A stretch of DNA of 64,000 nt from an uncultured cyanobacterium (GCA_963718615.1 OY970368.1:1760001-1824000), one strand, 5' to 3'; shown: positions 50,068 to 60,281, numbered from the stretch's first letter. A program made the numbers and translations. The notes: generated by a model from the letters alone, not told the origin.

Positions 50068-51498
50068 ATGTCGCGATCGCCAGAGCCAGAGGATTTCTTC
50101 AGTGCTTTTGACCATGCCCTGGACAACGCCTTAGAAAATGCCTTAGACAATCCGTTTGAGACGGTCTTGAACGGAACCGAGGCGGCTTTGGAGGTGCGAT
50201 CGGACTATATTCAGGGCTTTTCCGGCAGGCGAATCAAGGCCGCGCTGGTGCTGCTGAGCGTTTGGCTGGTGGTGATTGGCCTCTACCTGGTGCCCTGGGG
50301 CAGTCGTCTGGTGGCGATTTTCCTGGGATTGCTCTGTATCCAGGCCCTGCGGCTGATCTCGGCGCGTCCGGCGGAGATCCCCGAACCCCTGGCGGGAGAT
50401 CCGGCAACTTGGCCGACAGTGGCCCTCTTGGCGGCGGCGAAGGACGAGGAAGGGGTCATTGAGCGCCTCGTCCATGACCTGTGTAATGTGGATTATCCGC
50501 GCGATCGCTACGAAGTCTGGATCATCGACGACAACAGCCAGGACCGCACGCCGGAAATTTTGCGGCGCTTACAACAGACCTACTCCCAACTGCGGGTGTT
50601 TCGGCGATCGCCCGATGCCACCGGGGGGAAATCCGGTGCGCTTAATCAGGTATTTTTGCGGACCCAGGCGGATTTCCTGGCCATTTTTGATGCCGATGCC
50701 CAGGTGCCTCCGGATTTATTGCGGCGATCGCTCCCCCGCTTCCAGAATCCCGAAGTAGGAGCGGTCCAGGTCCGCAAGATTATTGCCAACGCGACCCAAA
50801 ATTGGCTGACACGGGGTCAGAGCGTTGAGATGATGCTCGATGCCTATTTCCAACAGCAGCGGACGGCGATCGGCGGCATTGGCGAACTGCGAGGCAATGG
50901 TCAACTTTTGCGTCGTGCAGCCTTAGAACGCTGTGGTGGTTTTAACGAAGAAACCATTACCGACGACCTGGATTTAACCTTGCGGCTCAATCTTGATCAG
51001 TGGGATGTGGACTTTTTGCTTCATCCCGGTGTTCTCGAAGAAGGCGTCACCACGCCCCTTTCCCTGTGGCACCAGCGCAACCGCTGGGCGGAAGGCGGCT
51101 ATCAACGCTACCTTGACTACTGGCGACTGATTGCCGACAACCGCATGGGCACAAACCGCACCATCGACCTCCTGGGCTTTTTGATCATTCAATATCTTCT
51201 GCCCATGGCGATTCTGCCAGACCTGTTGATGGCGTTGCTTCAGCAACGGCTGCCGCTGCTGGCTCCCATGGGGATTTTGTCCATTGGCTTGCCGAGCCTC
51301 GCCCTCTGGACCGGCATCCGCCGCAGCTATTTTGCTGAGCATGGCCATTATCCTTCGGCGTTTAAGACCCTGGTTCAATCGGTTTGGGGAATGTTGTATA
51401 TGCTTCACTGGATGATTGTGATGACCGGTGTGACCGTGCGGATGTCCGTACGGGCAAAGCGCCTAAAATGGGTGAAAACGATTCACCATGGTGCCTAA
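50068..51498 (+). CDS. mgdA: GT2 glycosyltransferase, probable monoglucosyldiacylglycerol synthase
   Basis: GGKSGALN, FDADA, GELRGNGQ, TITDDLDL, QRNRWAEGGYQRYLDY; TM flanks. Confidence 0.8.
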   Translation: MSRSPEPEDFFSAFDHALDNALENALDNPFETVLNGTEAALEVRSDYIQGFSGRRIKAALVLLSVWLVVIGLYLVPWGSRLVAIFLGLLCIQALRLISARPAEIPEPLAGDPATWPTVALLAAAKDEEGVIERLVHDLCNVDYPRDRYEVWIIDDNSQDRTPEILRRLQQTYSQLRVFRRSPDATGGKSGALNQVFLRTQADFLAIFDADAQVPPDLLRRSLPRFQNPEVGAVQVRKIIANATQNWLTRGQSVEMMLDAYFQQQRTAIGGIGELRGNGQLLRRAALERCGGFNEETITDDLDLTLRLNLDQWDVDFLLHPGVLEEGVTTPLSLWHQRNRWAEGGYQRYLDYWRLIADNRMGTNRTIDLLGFLIIQYLLPMAILPDLLMALLQQRLPLLAPMGILSIGLPSLALWTGIRRSYFAEHGHYPSAFKTLVQSVWGMLYMLHWMIVMTGVTVRMSVRAKRLKWVKTIHHGA

Positions 51499-51948
51499 GT
51501 GACTAACCCGGACGACGATTTTGCCATGACCTTTGCGCCCCTCTCCTGGGCAGAGATCTATGAACGGGCTGACCATCCCGGCAATGGCGCGGTTGTGGTG
51601 ATGGGTGGGACGGTGCGGAATCAGACTGGGGGAAAGGCGGTGCGATCGCTCGAATATCAAGCCTACGAACCCATGGCATTGAATATTTTCCGGCAGATCG
51701 CCCAACAAATCCGCCAGCAGTGGCCCGACACCAACCGGGTCGTCATCCATCACCGAACGGGCCATTTAATCATTGGCGAAATCAGTGTGTTAGTTGCCGT
51801 GGGTTGCCCCCATCGGGGGGAGGCATTTGCGGCCTGTCAGTTTGCGATCGACACGCTAAAACACAACGCCCCTATCTGGAAAAAAGAGTATTGGGCCGAT
51901 GGCTCCAGTGAGTGGGTCAGTATTGCCGCCTGTGAATCCTGTGATTAG
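51499..51948 (+). CDS. moaE: Molybdopterin synthase large subunit
   Basis: GTVRN, LEYQAYEPMA, HRTG.L.IGE.SV, HR..AF, LK..APIWKKE. Confidence 0.95.
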   Translation: MTNPDDDFAMTFAPLSWAEIYERADHPGNGAVVVMGGTVRNQTGGKAVRSLEYQAYEPMALNIFRQIAQQIRQQWPDTNRVVIHHRTGHLIIGEISVLVAVGCPHRGEAFAACQFAIDTLKHNAPIWKKEYWADGSSEWVSIAACESCD

Positions 51949-52126
51949 GCTTGGGGCTGGACGATAGTCTTGACGGGATGGAGATCTGCGATCGCTGCCA
52001 AAATGGCCAGTATCTTTTGAAAATTGAGCCATAGTTAAACCATTCAGCAGGTTCAGCCGCAACAGTCTGAGTCCATTTCAACTAGTCAACCTCAGCGGGT
52101 ACCGGTAAACGGGCAGTGCAGGCGCT

Positions 52127-52828
52127 ATGGCAGTAGACAATTGTATCGAGTTCTATCAAACCTTTCCTAAAGGGCTCAAGCAGATCGTCGGCAGCGAGGG
52201 CAACGATGTTTACTTCGGGCGATCAAGCTTCAACAACTACAACGGCGCTGGCGGTAATGACTATATTCTTACCGTCCAGGGTCGCAGCTTATTTTCGGGG
52301 GGAGACGGCAGCGACTATCTCGTTGGGGGACGCCTCAACGACTTGTTGTCCGGCGATGCAGGGGACGACTTTCTCTGGGGTGGTGGTGGTAACGATTGTT
52401 TGATTGGCGGCGCTGGCCACAACGTTCTCGTTGGCGGCGGTGGCAGCGATACGTTTGATGTCTTATCCTTCAAAAGTGCTGCTATTCCTGGCGTTTTTTA
52501 CATCATTGATCCGGGCGGTTCGATTGATGGAGTGTCCCGCGTTCGGGATTTTCAGTCCAGTGAAGATACGCTGCGCCTTGATCTGCAAGATTTTGGTTTT
52601 ATTGGCAAACTTTCATCCTTAGATATTGTCGCCAGCGATGGGGCTGCGGCAACCAGTGAAGAAGTTCTGGTTTATAACGAGACCAATGGTAAGTTATTCT
52701 TGAACCTCAACGGCAGTAGCCCAGGGTTTGAGGGGAGCGGTGGCTTGATTAATTACAAAGGGGGCCTTTTTGCCGTTTTATCAGACGCTCCTGAACTGAC
52801 CTTTGAGGATTTGATTGTCATTCAGTGA
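52127..52828 (+). CDS. RTX-type calcium-binding repeat protein
   Basis: Several GGxGxD nonapeptides. Confidence 0.85.
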   Translation: MAVDNCIEFYQTFPKGLKQIVGSEGNDVYFGRSSFNNYNGAGGNDYILTVQGRSLFSGGDGSDYLVGGRLNDLLSGDAGDDFLWGGGGNDCLIGGAGHNVLVGGGGSDTFDVLSFKSAAIPGVFYIIDPGGSIDGVSRVRDFQSSEDTLRLDLQDFGFIGKLSSLDIVASDGAAATSEEVLVYNETNGKLFLNLNGSSPGFEGSGGLINYKGGLFAVLSDAPELTFEDLIVIQ

Positions 52829-52851
52829 GCTGCTCGCTGCGCTCAACCCCC

Positions 52852-53646
52852 GTGATCCAGTTTGCATTTATCCTCGTTGAGCCTGAAGAAGCAGGCAATA
52901 TCGGCGCTGCGGCCCGTGCCCTAAAAACCATGGGACATGGCGATTTGCGATTGGTTCGGCCCAAGGCTGATCCCCTCAGTGAGCGCGCCAGGGTTCTGGC
53001 CCATGGCTCCCAAGATCTCCTGGAAAGTGCTTCTGTTTACACCGATCTCAAGACCGCGCTCCAAGACATTGATCTGGCCTGCGCCACAACCGCCCGTCAT
53101 CGTCTTCAAAAACACCACTATCTTTCCGCACGGGAACTGCCCCTGCATCTCCAGGCCAAGGGTGAAGGCAGCCTCAAGCGCGTCGGTCTAGTCTTTGGTG
53201 GCGAACGCTCGGGGCTGAACCGTCGTGATTTGGCCCGCTGTGATTTGATTACAACCATTCCCCAAAGTTGCCTATACCCCTCGCTCAATCTGGCCCAAGC
53301 GGTCATGGTCTACAGCTTTATCCTTTCCGAAGGCCAAACCGCTATCCAAATTGAAGACCAGCGTCTGAATCGGGATCCGATGCCACCCCAGGAGTATGCC
53401 AGCCTCAAAGCCTCGACCCTGGGGCTAATGGCACGCATTGGCCTCTCCGATCGCGCCCAAACCTATGTCATGCAAGCCTTAGCCCGCCTAGGGCGAGAAG
53501 ATCTCTATTTGCTCCACAATATTCGTACCAGTCTCGATCGCACCCTCGATCGCCTAGAATCTCGTCTAGAAGCCAGAAACCGCCCAAACTCAGCCCAGGT
53601 CCTGTCTTCCCATAATCCCCATAATCCCAAGCGCCAGGATGACTGA
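52852..53646 (+). CDS. SPOUT tRNA/rRNA methyltransferase (TrmJ/LasT-like)
   Basis: GNIGAAARALKTMG, VFGGERSGL, YPSLNLAQAV. Confidence 0.9.
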   Translation: MIQFAFILVEPEEAGNIGAAARALKTMGHGDLRLVRPKADPLSERARVLAHGSQDLLESASVYTDLKTALQDIDLACATTARHRLQKHHYLSARELPLHLQAKGEGSLKRVGLVFGGERSGLNRRDLARCDLITTIPQSCLYPSLNLAQAVMVYSFILSEGQTAIQIEDQRLNRDPMPPQEYASLKASTLGLMARIGLSDRAQTYVMQALARLGREDLYLLHNIRTSLDRTLDRLESRLEARNRPNSAQVLSSHNPHNPKRQDD

Positions 53647-54376
53647 AGATTTCTCCTCGCTCACGCTGACTCCCATCGCCCAGATTCGCTCCTGTTACCC
53701 TGAGCGCTTTGGCATTCCCAGGCAATCGGGCTTAGTCAATGCCGCAACCGCTGAAATTGTCTTTGGGGCAACCGAGGCCAACAAGCTTTCCCTACGGGGC
53801 ATTGAGCAGTTTTCCCATCTCTGGATTATTTTCTGGTTTCACCAAGGCTTTGAGCAATTTAAACCCTTGGTACAGCCGCCCCGGCTCGGCGGCAAGAAAA
53901 CTATGGGTGTCTATGCAACCCGCAGCCCTAACCGTCCTAATCCCATTGGTCTTAGTGCTGTGCGACTGGAGCAGGTCGAATACAAACCCAAGGAGATTTT
54001 GCTCCATATTCGCGGGGGCGATGTCCTAGACGGGACGCCGGTTTTGGATATTAAGCCCTATGTGCCCTATGCAGATGCCATTCCAACTGCGACTAGCGCT
54101 TGGGCTACGGCTGAAAGTCCTTTGCGGGTTCACTGGAGCGCAGAGGCGGCAGCCTATATGGAAGACCGTTGGGCGCAGGGTCAAATTGCCGCTCCGCAGG
54201 CTATCTGCGATTTAATTGAACAGACGATCGCCCAGGACCCTCGCCCCGCCCATGAACGGCGCAGGGACGGACAAGTTGATCAGGAATGGAATCTGCGAGT
54301 AGGGGGATTTGATGTGTTTTGGAAAGTAGAAGGCGGCGTTGCTTGGGTGACGCGATTGGTTCAGTTGAAGCCCTGA
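53639..54376 (+). CDS. tsaA: tRNA m6t6A37 methyltransferase TrmO/TsaA
   Basis: FGIPRQ.GL, PPRLGG, ATRSP.RPNPIGLS, DGTPVLDIKPY. Confidence 0.93.
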   Translation: MTEDFSSLTLTPIAQIRSCYPERFGIPRQSGLVNAATAEIVFGATEANKLSLRGIEQFSHLWIIFWFHQGFEQFKPLVQPPRLGGKKTMGVYATRSPNRPNPIGLSAVRLEQVEYKPKEILLHIRGGDVLDGTPVLDIKPYVPYADAIPTATSAWATAESPLRVHWSAEAAAYMEDRWAQGQIAAPQAICDLIEQTIAQDPRPAHERRRDGQVDQEWNLRVGGFDVFWKVEGGVAWVTRLVQLKP

Positions 54377-54640
54377 GCCAGGGCCGAGGCAAGACACCAG
54401 GGTCTTCGGGATGGGGTTGACTTTGGGGGCATTGGCGATCGCTGATACGGTAGCCTGTTTCTAGGATTGTCTTCGACTGAGAAAGTTGGGCAAGGGCTAA
54501 AGCAAGACACCGGGTGTTTGGCGGGGTAAGTTCGACTGACTCGGGTAATGATGCCGCTGAGGGGCAGGAGTACGGGCATTTCGGCGGCGAGGGGGGCGAA
54601 GCTGAGGAAAAAGCGAATGAGTAAGTTTTGTAAATAGACG

Positions 54641-54922
54641 CTAGCTGTCATAAGCACTGCCTCGGAAGTTGATGTTGTAAATCAGGATTTCGTTGGCTTC
54701 AGGCTTGATTTTGAAGATGATACGGATTTGTCCTGTCCGAATTCGAAAGTATCCTTTCCAATCGCCCTTGAGTTTTTTGAGGTCGAGTTCGTCGGCGGGT
54801 AAGGCTTTCTGCTCTTCGAGAGAGTTTTTCAGCAAAGCGATCTTTTCTCTGATGCGTTCTTGGCGATCGCCATCGAGCTTTTTGAGAAATTTGACAGCGG
54901 AGCGACTAAATTTGACTTGCAT
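54641..54922 (-). CDS. RelE/ParE family toxin
   Basis: V.FS..A.KFLKKL...KKLKG....FRIR.G..RIIF...RG.AY. Confidence 0.9.
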   Translation of the reverse strand: MQVKFSRSAVKFLKKLDGDRQERIREKIALLKNSLEEQKALPADELDLKKLKGDWKGYFRIRTGQIRIIFKIKPEANEILIYNINFRGSAYDS

Positions 54923-55133
54923 TGGTCACCCAATCCGTCATGTCAACAAAGTCTTCTTCTGCGAGTTCTTCTGGTGAGGAACCAAGATTTTCCTCGATTT
55001 CGGTCTGTTCTTCAGTTTCAACGTAGGGGATGAGGACTTGGAACATGTTGAACCACTCTTCGCGCAAGACCTCGCGAACGCTCTCTTTGATTAGCGTTTT
55101 GAGCAGGTTGAGGTCTACGGTTTGGGCATCCAT
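54906..55133 (-). CDS. Putative antitoxin
   Basis: Acidic; LK.LIKESVREVL.EE; overlaps relE. Confidence 0.75.
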   Translation of the reverse strand: MDAQTVDLNLLKTLIKESVREVLREEWFNMFQVLIPYVETEEQTEIEENLGSSPEELAEEDFVDMTDWVTNASQI

Positions 55134-55275
55134 GGGCAGGCTGGGCAATTTCTACCAAGTCGTTACCTCCTAGGATAGTCCTTAAATAAGGAAGATGAGC
55201 AGCACGATGGCCGCTGAAGGGCAGTAGCACGGGCATTTCGGCGGCGAGGGGGGCGAAGCTGAGGATGAAGAATGT

Positions 55276-55710
55276 TCAGGACTCAAGTAGAAGGTTCTGA
55301 AAGGGATGGCGATTTTTCCAGCGATAGGTTCGGAAGTCTCGGCAATCCGTACTTAGAATACGCCCATGTCCGAGGAATTCAGCCAGAACCACGAGGGATG
55401 CATCAGCCAAGTCCATCGGTAGATCAGTGTATTGTTGCATGAGGGATAGGATGCGATCGCGATCGTCCTCGCGCACATCAAATACAGAGAATGCACCGTC
55501 TCTATAACTGCGGATAAAGCCGATTTCCGCCTGGATGCCTTGGCGTTTGAGCAACAAATGACAGGTTTCGGTCATCACTGGCCAGGTTGTAATTAATGGC
55601 TCGGTCAGCTTGCGCATCTGGTTCATCGCTTGTTCGTGGTGCTGATCGGTCCGGTTAGCCAGCGCGACCCAGAAACCAGTGTCTGCAATGATCAAACCTT
55701 GTGGCTCCAA
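55276..55710 (-). CDS. PIN domain (VapC) toxin
   Basis: IADTGF, T.PV.TE..HLL, MDLADASLV, ILSTD.RDF. Confidence 0.9.
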   Translation of the reverse strand: MEPQGLIIADTGFWVALANRTDQHHEQAMNQMRKLTEPLITTWPVMTETCHLLLKRQGIQAEIGFIRSYRDGAFSVFDVREDDRDRILSLMQQYTDLPMDLADASLVVLAEFLGHGRILSTDCRDFRTYRWKNRHPFQNLLLES

Positions 55711-55994
55711 TCTAGCTTTTCTTTGTATTGAGTCGAGAGTTGGGGTTCATCTTGAAGGCTGCCGATAAAGCCGTTGTTTTGCAGGATAGCGAGGGCACCG
55801 GGGCCGATGGCGATCGCAGATCTTGAGAATTGGGCGATCGGAGTTTCACCGCTATTTATTTCTGCTTTCGTTGCTGCTGGGCCAGGGAGCTGTTGAAAGC
55901 GATCGTAGATGAATTCAACGAAGTCCAAAATGGTTTGAATCTGGGCTTCTGGCAGAAGTTGAATGATGCGGAATATCTTATCTTGAGCGTTCAT
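55692..55994 (-). CDS. Putative antitoxin (DUF2281-like)
   Basis: IQLLPE.....ILDFVEFI; GFIG...LS..YK; directly upstream of vapC. Confidence 0.65.
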   Translation of the reverse strand: MNAQDKIFRIIQLLPEAQIQTILDFVEFIYDRFQQLPGPAATKAEINSGETPIAQFSRSAIAIGPGALAILQNNGFIGSLQDEPQLSTQYKEKLDWSHKV

Positions 55995-56151
55995 AGGTTG
56001 GTTCAGCGGTAACCTGTTTCTAGGATAATCCCCAAACGGGAGGGTTAGACAAGGACTGAGGCAAGACACCAAGTATTGGGTGGGGTGGATGCGGCTGACT
56101 CGGGTGAGGCAGAGACTAAAATGGGGTTACACGCGAGTGGAGCGAGGCGCT

Positions 56152-56418
56152 ATGGTTGCACAGGTCATGGTTCAGCCTTCGGGCTTTTTGGCGTCTGGGA
56201 TTCAGATGCATCAACTGGGTGATGTGTCTATTTTTCGGTTTACGGATGAGCTACAGGACCGCTTTGAAAATTTGATGGAGCGCTCTAAATCTCAGGCACT
56301 GACGGAGACTGAACAAGCTGAGTTGGACGGAATCGCAGATTTAGCTCGAATTTTCACATTTATTAATGCTCAACTAGCAGCGCAAGCAAAATGGTGTCTC
56401 GTTCAACAAGAAGCCTAG
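56152..56418 (+). CDS. Small antitoxin-like hypothetical protein
   Basis: LQ.RFE.L.E......LT..E..EL; followed by a short remnant ORF. Confidence 0.55.
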   Translation: MVAQVMVQPSGFLASGIQMHQLGDVSIFRFTDELQDRFENLMERSKSQALTETEQAELDGIADLARIFTFINAQLAAQAKWCLVQQEA

Positions 56419-56450
56419 TGCGGCAGCGGGCGCAGTCACTGTATGAATGA
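56391..56450 (+). pseudogene. Probable HNH endonuclease N-terminal remnant
   Basis: MVSRSTRSLVRQRAQSLYE* resembles the R..V..RA...CEYC start of small HNH nucleases. Confidence 0.4.
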
Positions 56451-56562
56451 TGATTGCTCGGTGACTTTCTGGTTTATGAATCTATTTTATGAAGGAATTC
56501 CTGGATTGGGCAGGGTTGAGTGGGTTGAGATTGGGAAGTCCCGGTAGAATTGAGAACAATGT

Positions 56563-56647
56563 GTAGGTTGGGTAGAACGCAGTGAAACCCAACGAGCTTG
56601 GGCGTTTTGCTTGGGCCTGTTGGGTTTCGTGCCTCAATCCAATCTAC
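56563..56647. repeat. REP-like inverted-repeat element
   Basis: gtaggttgggtagaacgcagtgaaacccaac ... gttgggtttcgtgcctcaatccaatctac. Confidence 0.7.
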
Positions 56648-56679
56648 GTGGCTAGCGATCGCAATCCCAACCAGAAAGA

Positions 56680-57636
56680 ATGCCAGAGACGACATCCGTG
56701 CAAAAAATTCTATTCTTGGCGGCGAACCCGAAGGGAACCTCCAAACTGCGACTGGATGAGGAGTTGCGAGATGTTGAAGAAGGATTGCGGCGAGGCACAA
56801 GGCGGGAGCAGTTTGTCCTAGAGCAGCGTTGGGCGGTGCGACCCAGGGATATTCGGCGGGCGTTGTTGGATGAGCAGCCGAATATTGTTCATTTTTCGGG
56901 GCATGGTGTTGGTTCGGGTAGCAGTGCTGTGGGTCGGGAGGGAACGCGGGAGATTGGTTTTGAGGAAGAGCTAAGTCGCGAAGGGCTGGTTTTTGAGAAC
57001 CAAGCGGGTGAGCCGGTTCTGGTCAGTGGTGAGTCTTTGGCGGGGTTGTTTGAGCTGTTTTCGGATCGGGTGAACTGTGTGGTGCTGAATGGCTGTTATT
57101 CGGAGGTGCAGGCCAAGGCCATTGCTCGGCATATTCCCTACGTGATCGGGATGAATCGGGCGATCGGCGATCGCGCAGCCATTGAGTTTGCGGTGGGCTT
57201 TTACGATGCGCTGGCAGCGGGGCGGAATATTGAGTTTGCGCATCGTTATGCTTGCTCTGCGATTCGGATGGAAGGAATTGAGGAGTATCTGACCCCTGTT
57301 TTAATCTCGGGGAGTGCTCCGTCGGTGGCGCAGCCTGAGGCCGATCCTGAATCATCTGAACCAGAGCCTCGGCGGCAGCGAGATTATTCGGATATCGAGT
57401 CCCCCTTTATTGGGGGTCCTCCGATCACGAATCCGCGTCAGTTTTTTGGGCGAGAGAAGGAGCTGCGGCGGTTGTTTGGGTTGATCAAGCGGTTGCCGTT
57501 GCAGAATGCGGCGATTATTGGGCCAAGGCGGGCGGGGAAGACGTCGTTGCTGTATTACTTGATGAAGATTTGCACGACGCCGGAGTCGGAGTTGAGGCCG
57601 GGGCAGAAGAATGATTGGTTACCGAATCCGGAGTAA
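56680..57636 (+). pseudogene. CHAT domain + AAA ATPase, N-terminal part (truncated after Walker A)
   Basis: KILFLAANP, LRLDEE, IVHFSGHG, VLNGCYS; FFGREKEL, GPRRAGKTSLL; stop soon after. Confidence 0.85.
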
Positions 57637-57756
57637 AACCGTTAGGTATGTGTGAATCTATTGAAGAGTATAACCATTGAAGTTGTACAGCTTTATTGAC
57701 AACAAGTAGACCCTATCAAGTAGACAGGATCTCCTTACTGTATAGATTTAGACCGA

Positions 57757-58092
57757 TTAGCTCCCACGCGATGCCTGGAGTCCAGCCAAAAGGATGTTTG
57801 CTAGTGGATGGTCTACTGCCTCTTCAAATGCTTGAATACCCATTGCTTGCATAGTAGCTTGAATCCTCTTAAGGAAATTAGGTGATTCGTTTAATTTTTG
57901 AGCGATCAGAGAAGACTGGTGGGTATCTCCAGTGTGTTTAGATGCAGAGATTTCAATCAAAAAAGATCGCACTTCGCCTACAACCTCTCTATAGCCTTCG
58001 CGACTGCGATCTTGGCAGATAAATTGATCACCATTATGGAGAGAACCATTAAAGTCTCTTCCGATATTGATTGAATTGCTTTGCACTTTCAA
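57757..58092 (-). CDS. Hypothetical protein in AT-rich insert
   Basis: Shares DFNG.LHNG with the C-terminus of the upstream ORF. Confidence 0.5.
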   Translation of the reverse strand: MKVQSNSINIGRDFNGSLHNGDQFICQDRSREGYREVVGEVRSFLIEISASKHTGDTHQSSLIAQKLNESPNFLKRIQATMQAMGIQAFEEAVDHPLANILLAGLQASRGS

Positions 58093-58166
58093 ACATCCTG
58101 GTATAAAGTAACTTCAGATTCAAGCTTGTAATTAAATTCGGTGGTTAGCGCAAGTAAGCATTAATT

Positions 58167-58685
58167 TCAATTGAAGATCGCCACCTTTTTCTCACCATTA
58201 TGGAGATTTCCATTAAAGTCACCTGTCACATTAACTGACTTATTTGTCATATTAACCTCTACCCTTTGAGCATTTTCATCCATTAGCTTTTGGATCGCCT
58301 GAACAATATCAAAAAGAAAGGCCTTGTCCCGGCTTTCAAAGAAATCGCTGTGGCCAGAGTTGAAGTTAAGGATTAGTCCATATTTATTGTCTTGGCCATC
58401 ATAAATCAGTTTGAATAGAGCTGCGAGAACTATAAAAGTTAAACCAAACATTGATGCAGGATAGATGTTGGCAGTGGCTCCGACGAACAAGAGTAATGCT
58501 CCAACTATGCATAGGGATAATGCTACCTTAGCAAGAAGCTCATTGGGAGGAGTCTTTCCTACGGTTAAGCCTGTAAGGTTTTTTAGTTGATATATGGTGT
58601 TGTCAAATCTTACAGTTGCTTGTGTGAACTCTATTTGCGTAGCTGTTTGACTTGTCAGGTTGTTGGACTCTTTGATGCTATTCAT
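58167..58685 (-). CDS. Two-TM protein (DUF6232-like) in AT-rich insert
   Basis: VRFDNTIYQLKN, two TM helices, YGL.L..NSG. Confidence 0.6.
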   Translation of the reverse strand: MNSIKESNNLTSQTATQIEFTQATVRFDNTIYQLKNLTGLTVGKTPPNELLAKVALSLCIVGALLLFVGATANIYPASMFGLTFIVLAALFKLIYDGQDNKYGLILNFNSGHSDFFESRDKAFLFDIVQAIQKLMDENAQRVEVNMTNKSVNVTGDFNGNLHNGEKKVAIFN

Positions 58686-58887
58686 TTTGCACTAAATAGA
58701 CTTGATTCTAGACCCTACTGTTGTATTCTTTTTGTATTCGTGGAGCATGAGTGTTTATGTGTAAAAATATTTTCTTGAAAAGCCTAAAGTAGAATTTTAG
58801 CTCAGTTCAAGAGCTGCATTTGCTGGATAAATCGAAATTTATTTGATGTATGTATGAGTCAGTGAAAATACATGAATACAATGTGCT

Positions 58888-59530
58888 GATCGTCTGGACT
58901 TCACCGTCATCTGGCAGCCACACCCTCCAAGAATTCCAACGCTGGGCCAGCTACCTAATCAACGCCCAAACCATCAAAATCAGCTACCTCACCGAACCCG
59001 AAACCCGCAAACTAATCGAAAACCCCATCCCCGACTTCGCCCTCCGCTACGACCCCGACGCCAGCGATCGCGCCCTCGCCCTCACACGCGGCCACCCCGC
59101 CCTCACCCAGCTCCTCTGTAGCGAAATCGTCAATCTCAAAAACGAACAAGACCCCAGCAACCGCCGCCAAGCCCGCCTCGCCGACGTCAACGCCGCCATC
59201 CCCGAAGCCCTCCAAAGCGGCAGCATGTTCTTCGCCGACCTCGAACAAAACCAAATCACCGCCAACAACACCGTCCCCGGCGGCAGCACCATCCTGCGCC
59301 ACCTCGCCGCCCAAGGCGAATCCATCCCCAGCCCCGACGGCACCACCCCACCCGCCAGCCTCAGCCACACCGCCCTCGCCCAATACTTCCAGCAAACCCA
59401 TCCCGACGCAGATTTTGAAACAGCCTTGGAATTGCTGCTTCGCCGCGAAGTCATCGAAACCGTCGAATCAACCGACGAACCCCACTACAAATTTCAAGTC
59501 GAACTCATCCGCCAATGGTTTCTGCGCTAG
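58888..59530 (+). pseudogene. C-terminal remnant of an AAA ATPase (helical/winged-helix part)
   Basis: GSHTL.EFQRWASYLIN, LT.GHP.LTQLLC, YKFQVELIRQW; no P-loop. Confidence 0.75.
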
Positions 59531-59663
59531 CCCAAGACCCTGCACAACTTGGGTCCAAAATTCAACAGAATTTCTTATAGCTTTTACTTATAAGTTTGAT
59601 AAAAATAACTTTTGAGTCGTTGGATAATAGCATTGTTCACCTCGCAGATAGGGATTTGTACTT

Positions 59664-60281
59664 ATGCTAAAAGCCTCAGACATCATGACCCAGGATGTGG
59701 TGACGATCAAAGGCTTCGCCACCGTCGCCGATGCCGTCAAACTCATGAAAGACAAGGGCTTGCGCGCCCTGATCGTCGAAAAACGCATCGCCGATGACGC
59801 CTACGCCATGGTCACCGAGACCGATATCGTCTACAAAGTGGCTGCCTTTGGCTTGGATCCCAAGGAAGTCCGCATTTACGAAATCATGACCAAGCCCTGC
59901 ATCACCGTGCCCCCCGATCTAGGCGTTGAATACGTCGCACGGCTGTTTGCCAACACCAAAATTCGTCGGGCTCCTGTGGTAGGCGACCAGGGGTTGCTGG
60001 GCATTATCTCCATCAGCGATATTTTGCACAAAAGCGACTTTGTGGAAAAGCCCAAAGCTGTGGTTTATGAAAACCGGATTCAGGAGGCGATCGCCAACGC
60101 CCGCGAAATCTGCGCCGCCCAAGGCGCAACCTCTGCCGACTGCGCCGCCGCCTGGGATATCGTCGAAGAACTCCAAGCCTCCGCAGCCCACCAGCGCCAA
60201 ATTAAAATTGAGAAATCCGCCTACGAAACCTACTGCGAAGACAATCCCGATGCCCGTGCAGCGCGGGATTATGAATGTTAA
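59664..60281 (+). CDS. CBS-CP12 fusion protein
   Basis: CBS pair, then CP12 motifs C...CAAAWDIVEELQA and YCEDNPDA...YEC. Confidence 0.92.
   Translation: MLKASDIMTQDVVTIKGFATVADAVKLMKDKGLRALIVEKRIADDAYAMVTETDIVYKVAAFGLDPKEVRIYEIMTKPCITVPPDLGVEYVARLFANTKIRRAPVVGDQGLLGIISISDILHKSDFVEKPKAVVYENRIQEAIANAREICAAQGATSADCAAAWDIVEELQASAAHQRQIKIEKSAYETYCEDNPDARAARDYEC

Larger units (their letters stand above)
54448..56105. repeat. Dispersed boundary repeats around the TA cassettes (A: 54553-54608 and 55210-55265; B: 54448-54546 and 56007-56105)
   Basis: A copies are 53/56 identical; B copies are colinear over 99 bp and about 74% identical by manual alignment. Confidence 0.8.

Noticed and set aside
54361-54657. 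98-aa ORF downstream of relE
   Set aside because: It is made almost entirely of boundary repeats A and B and has no protein-like features.
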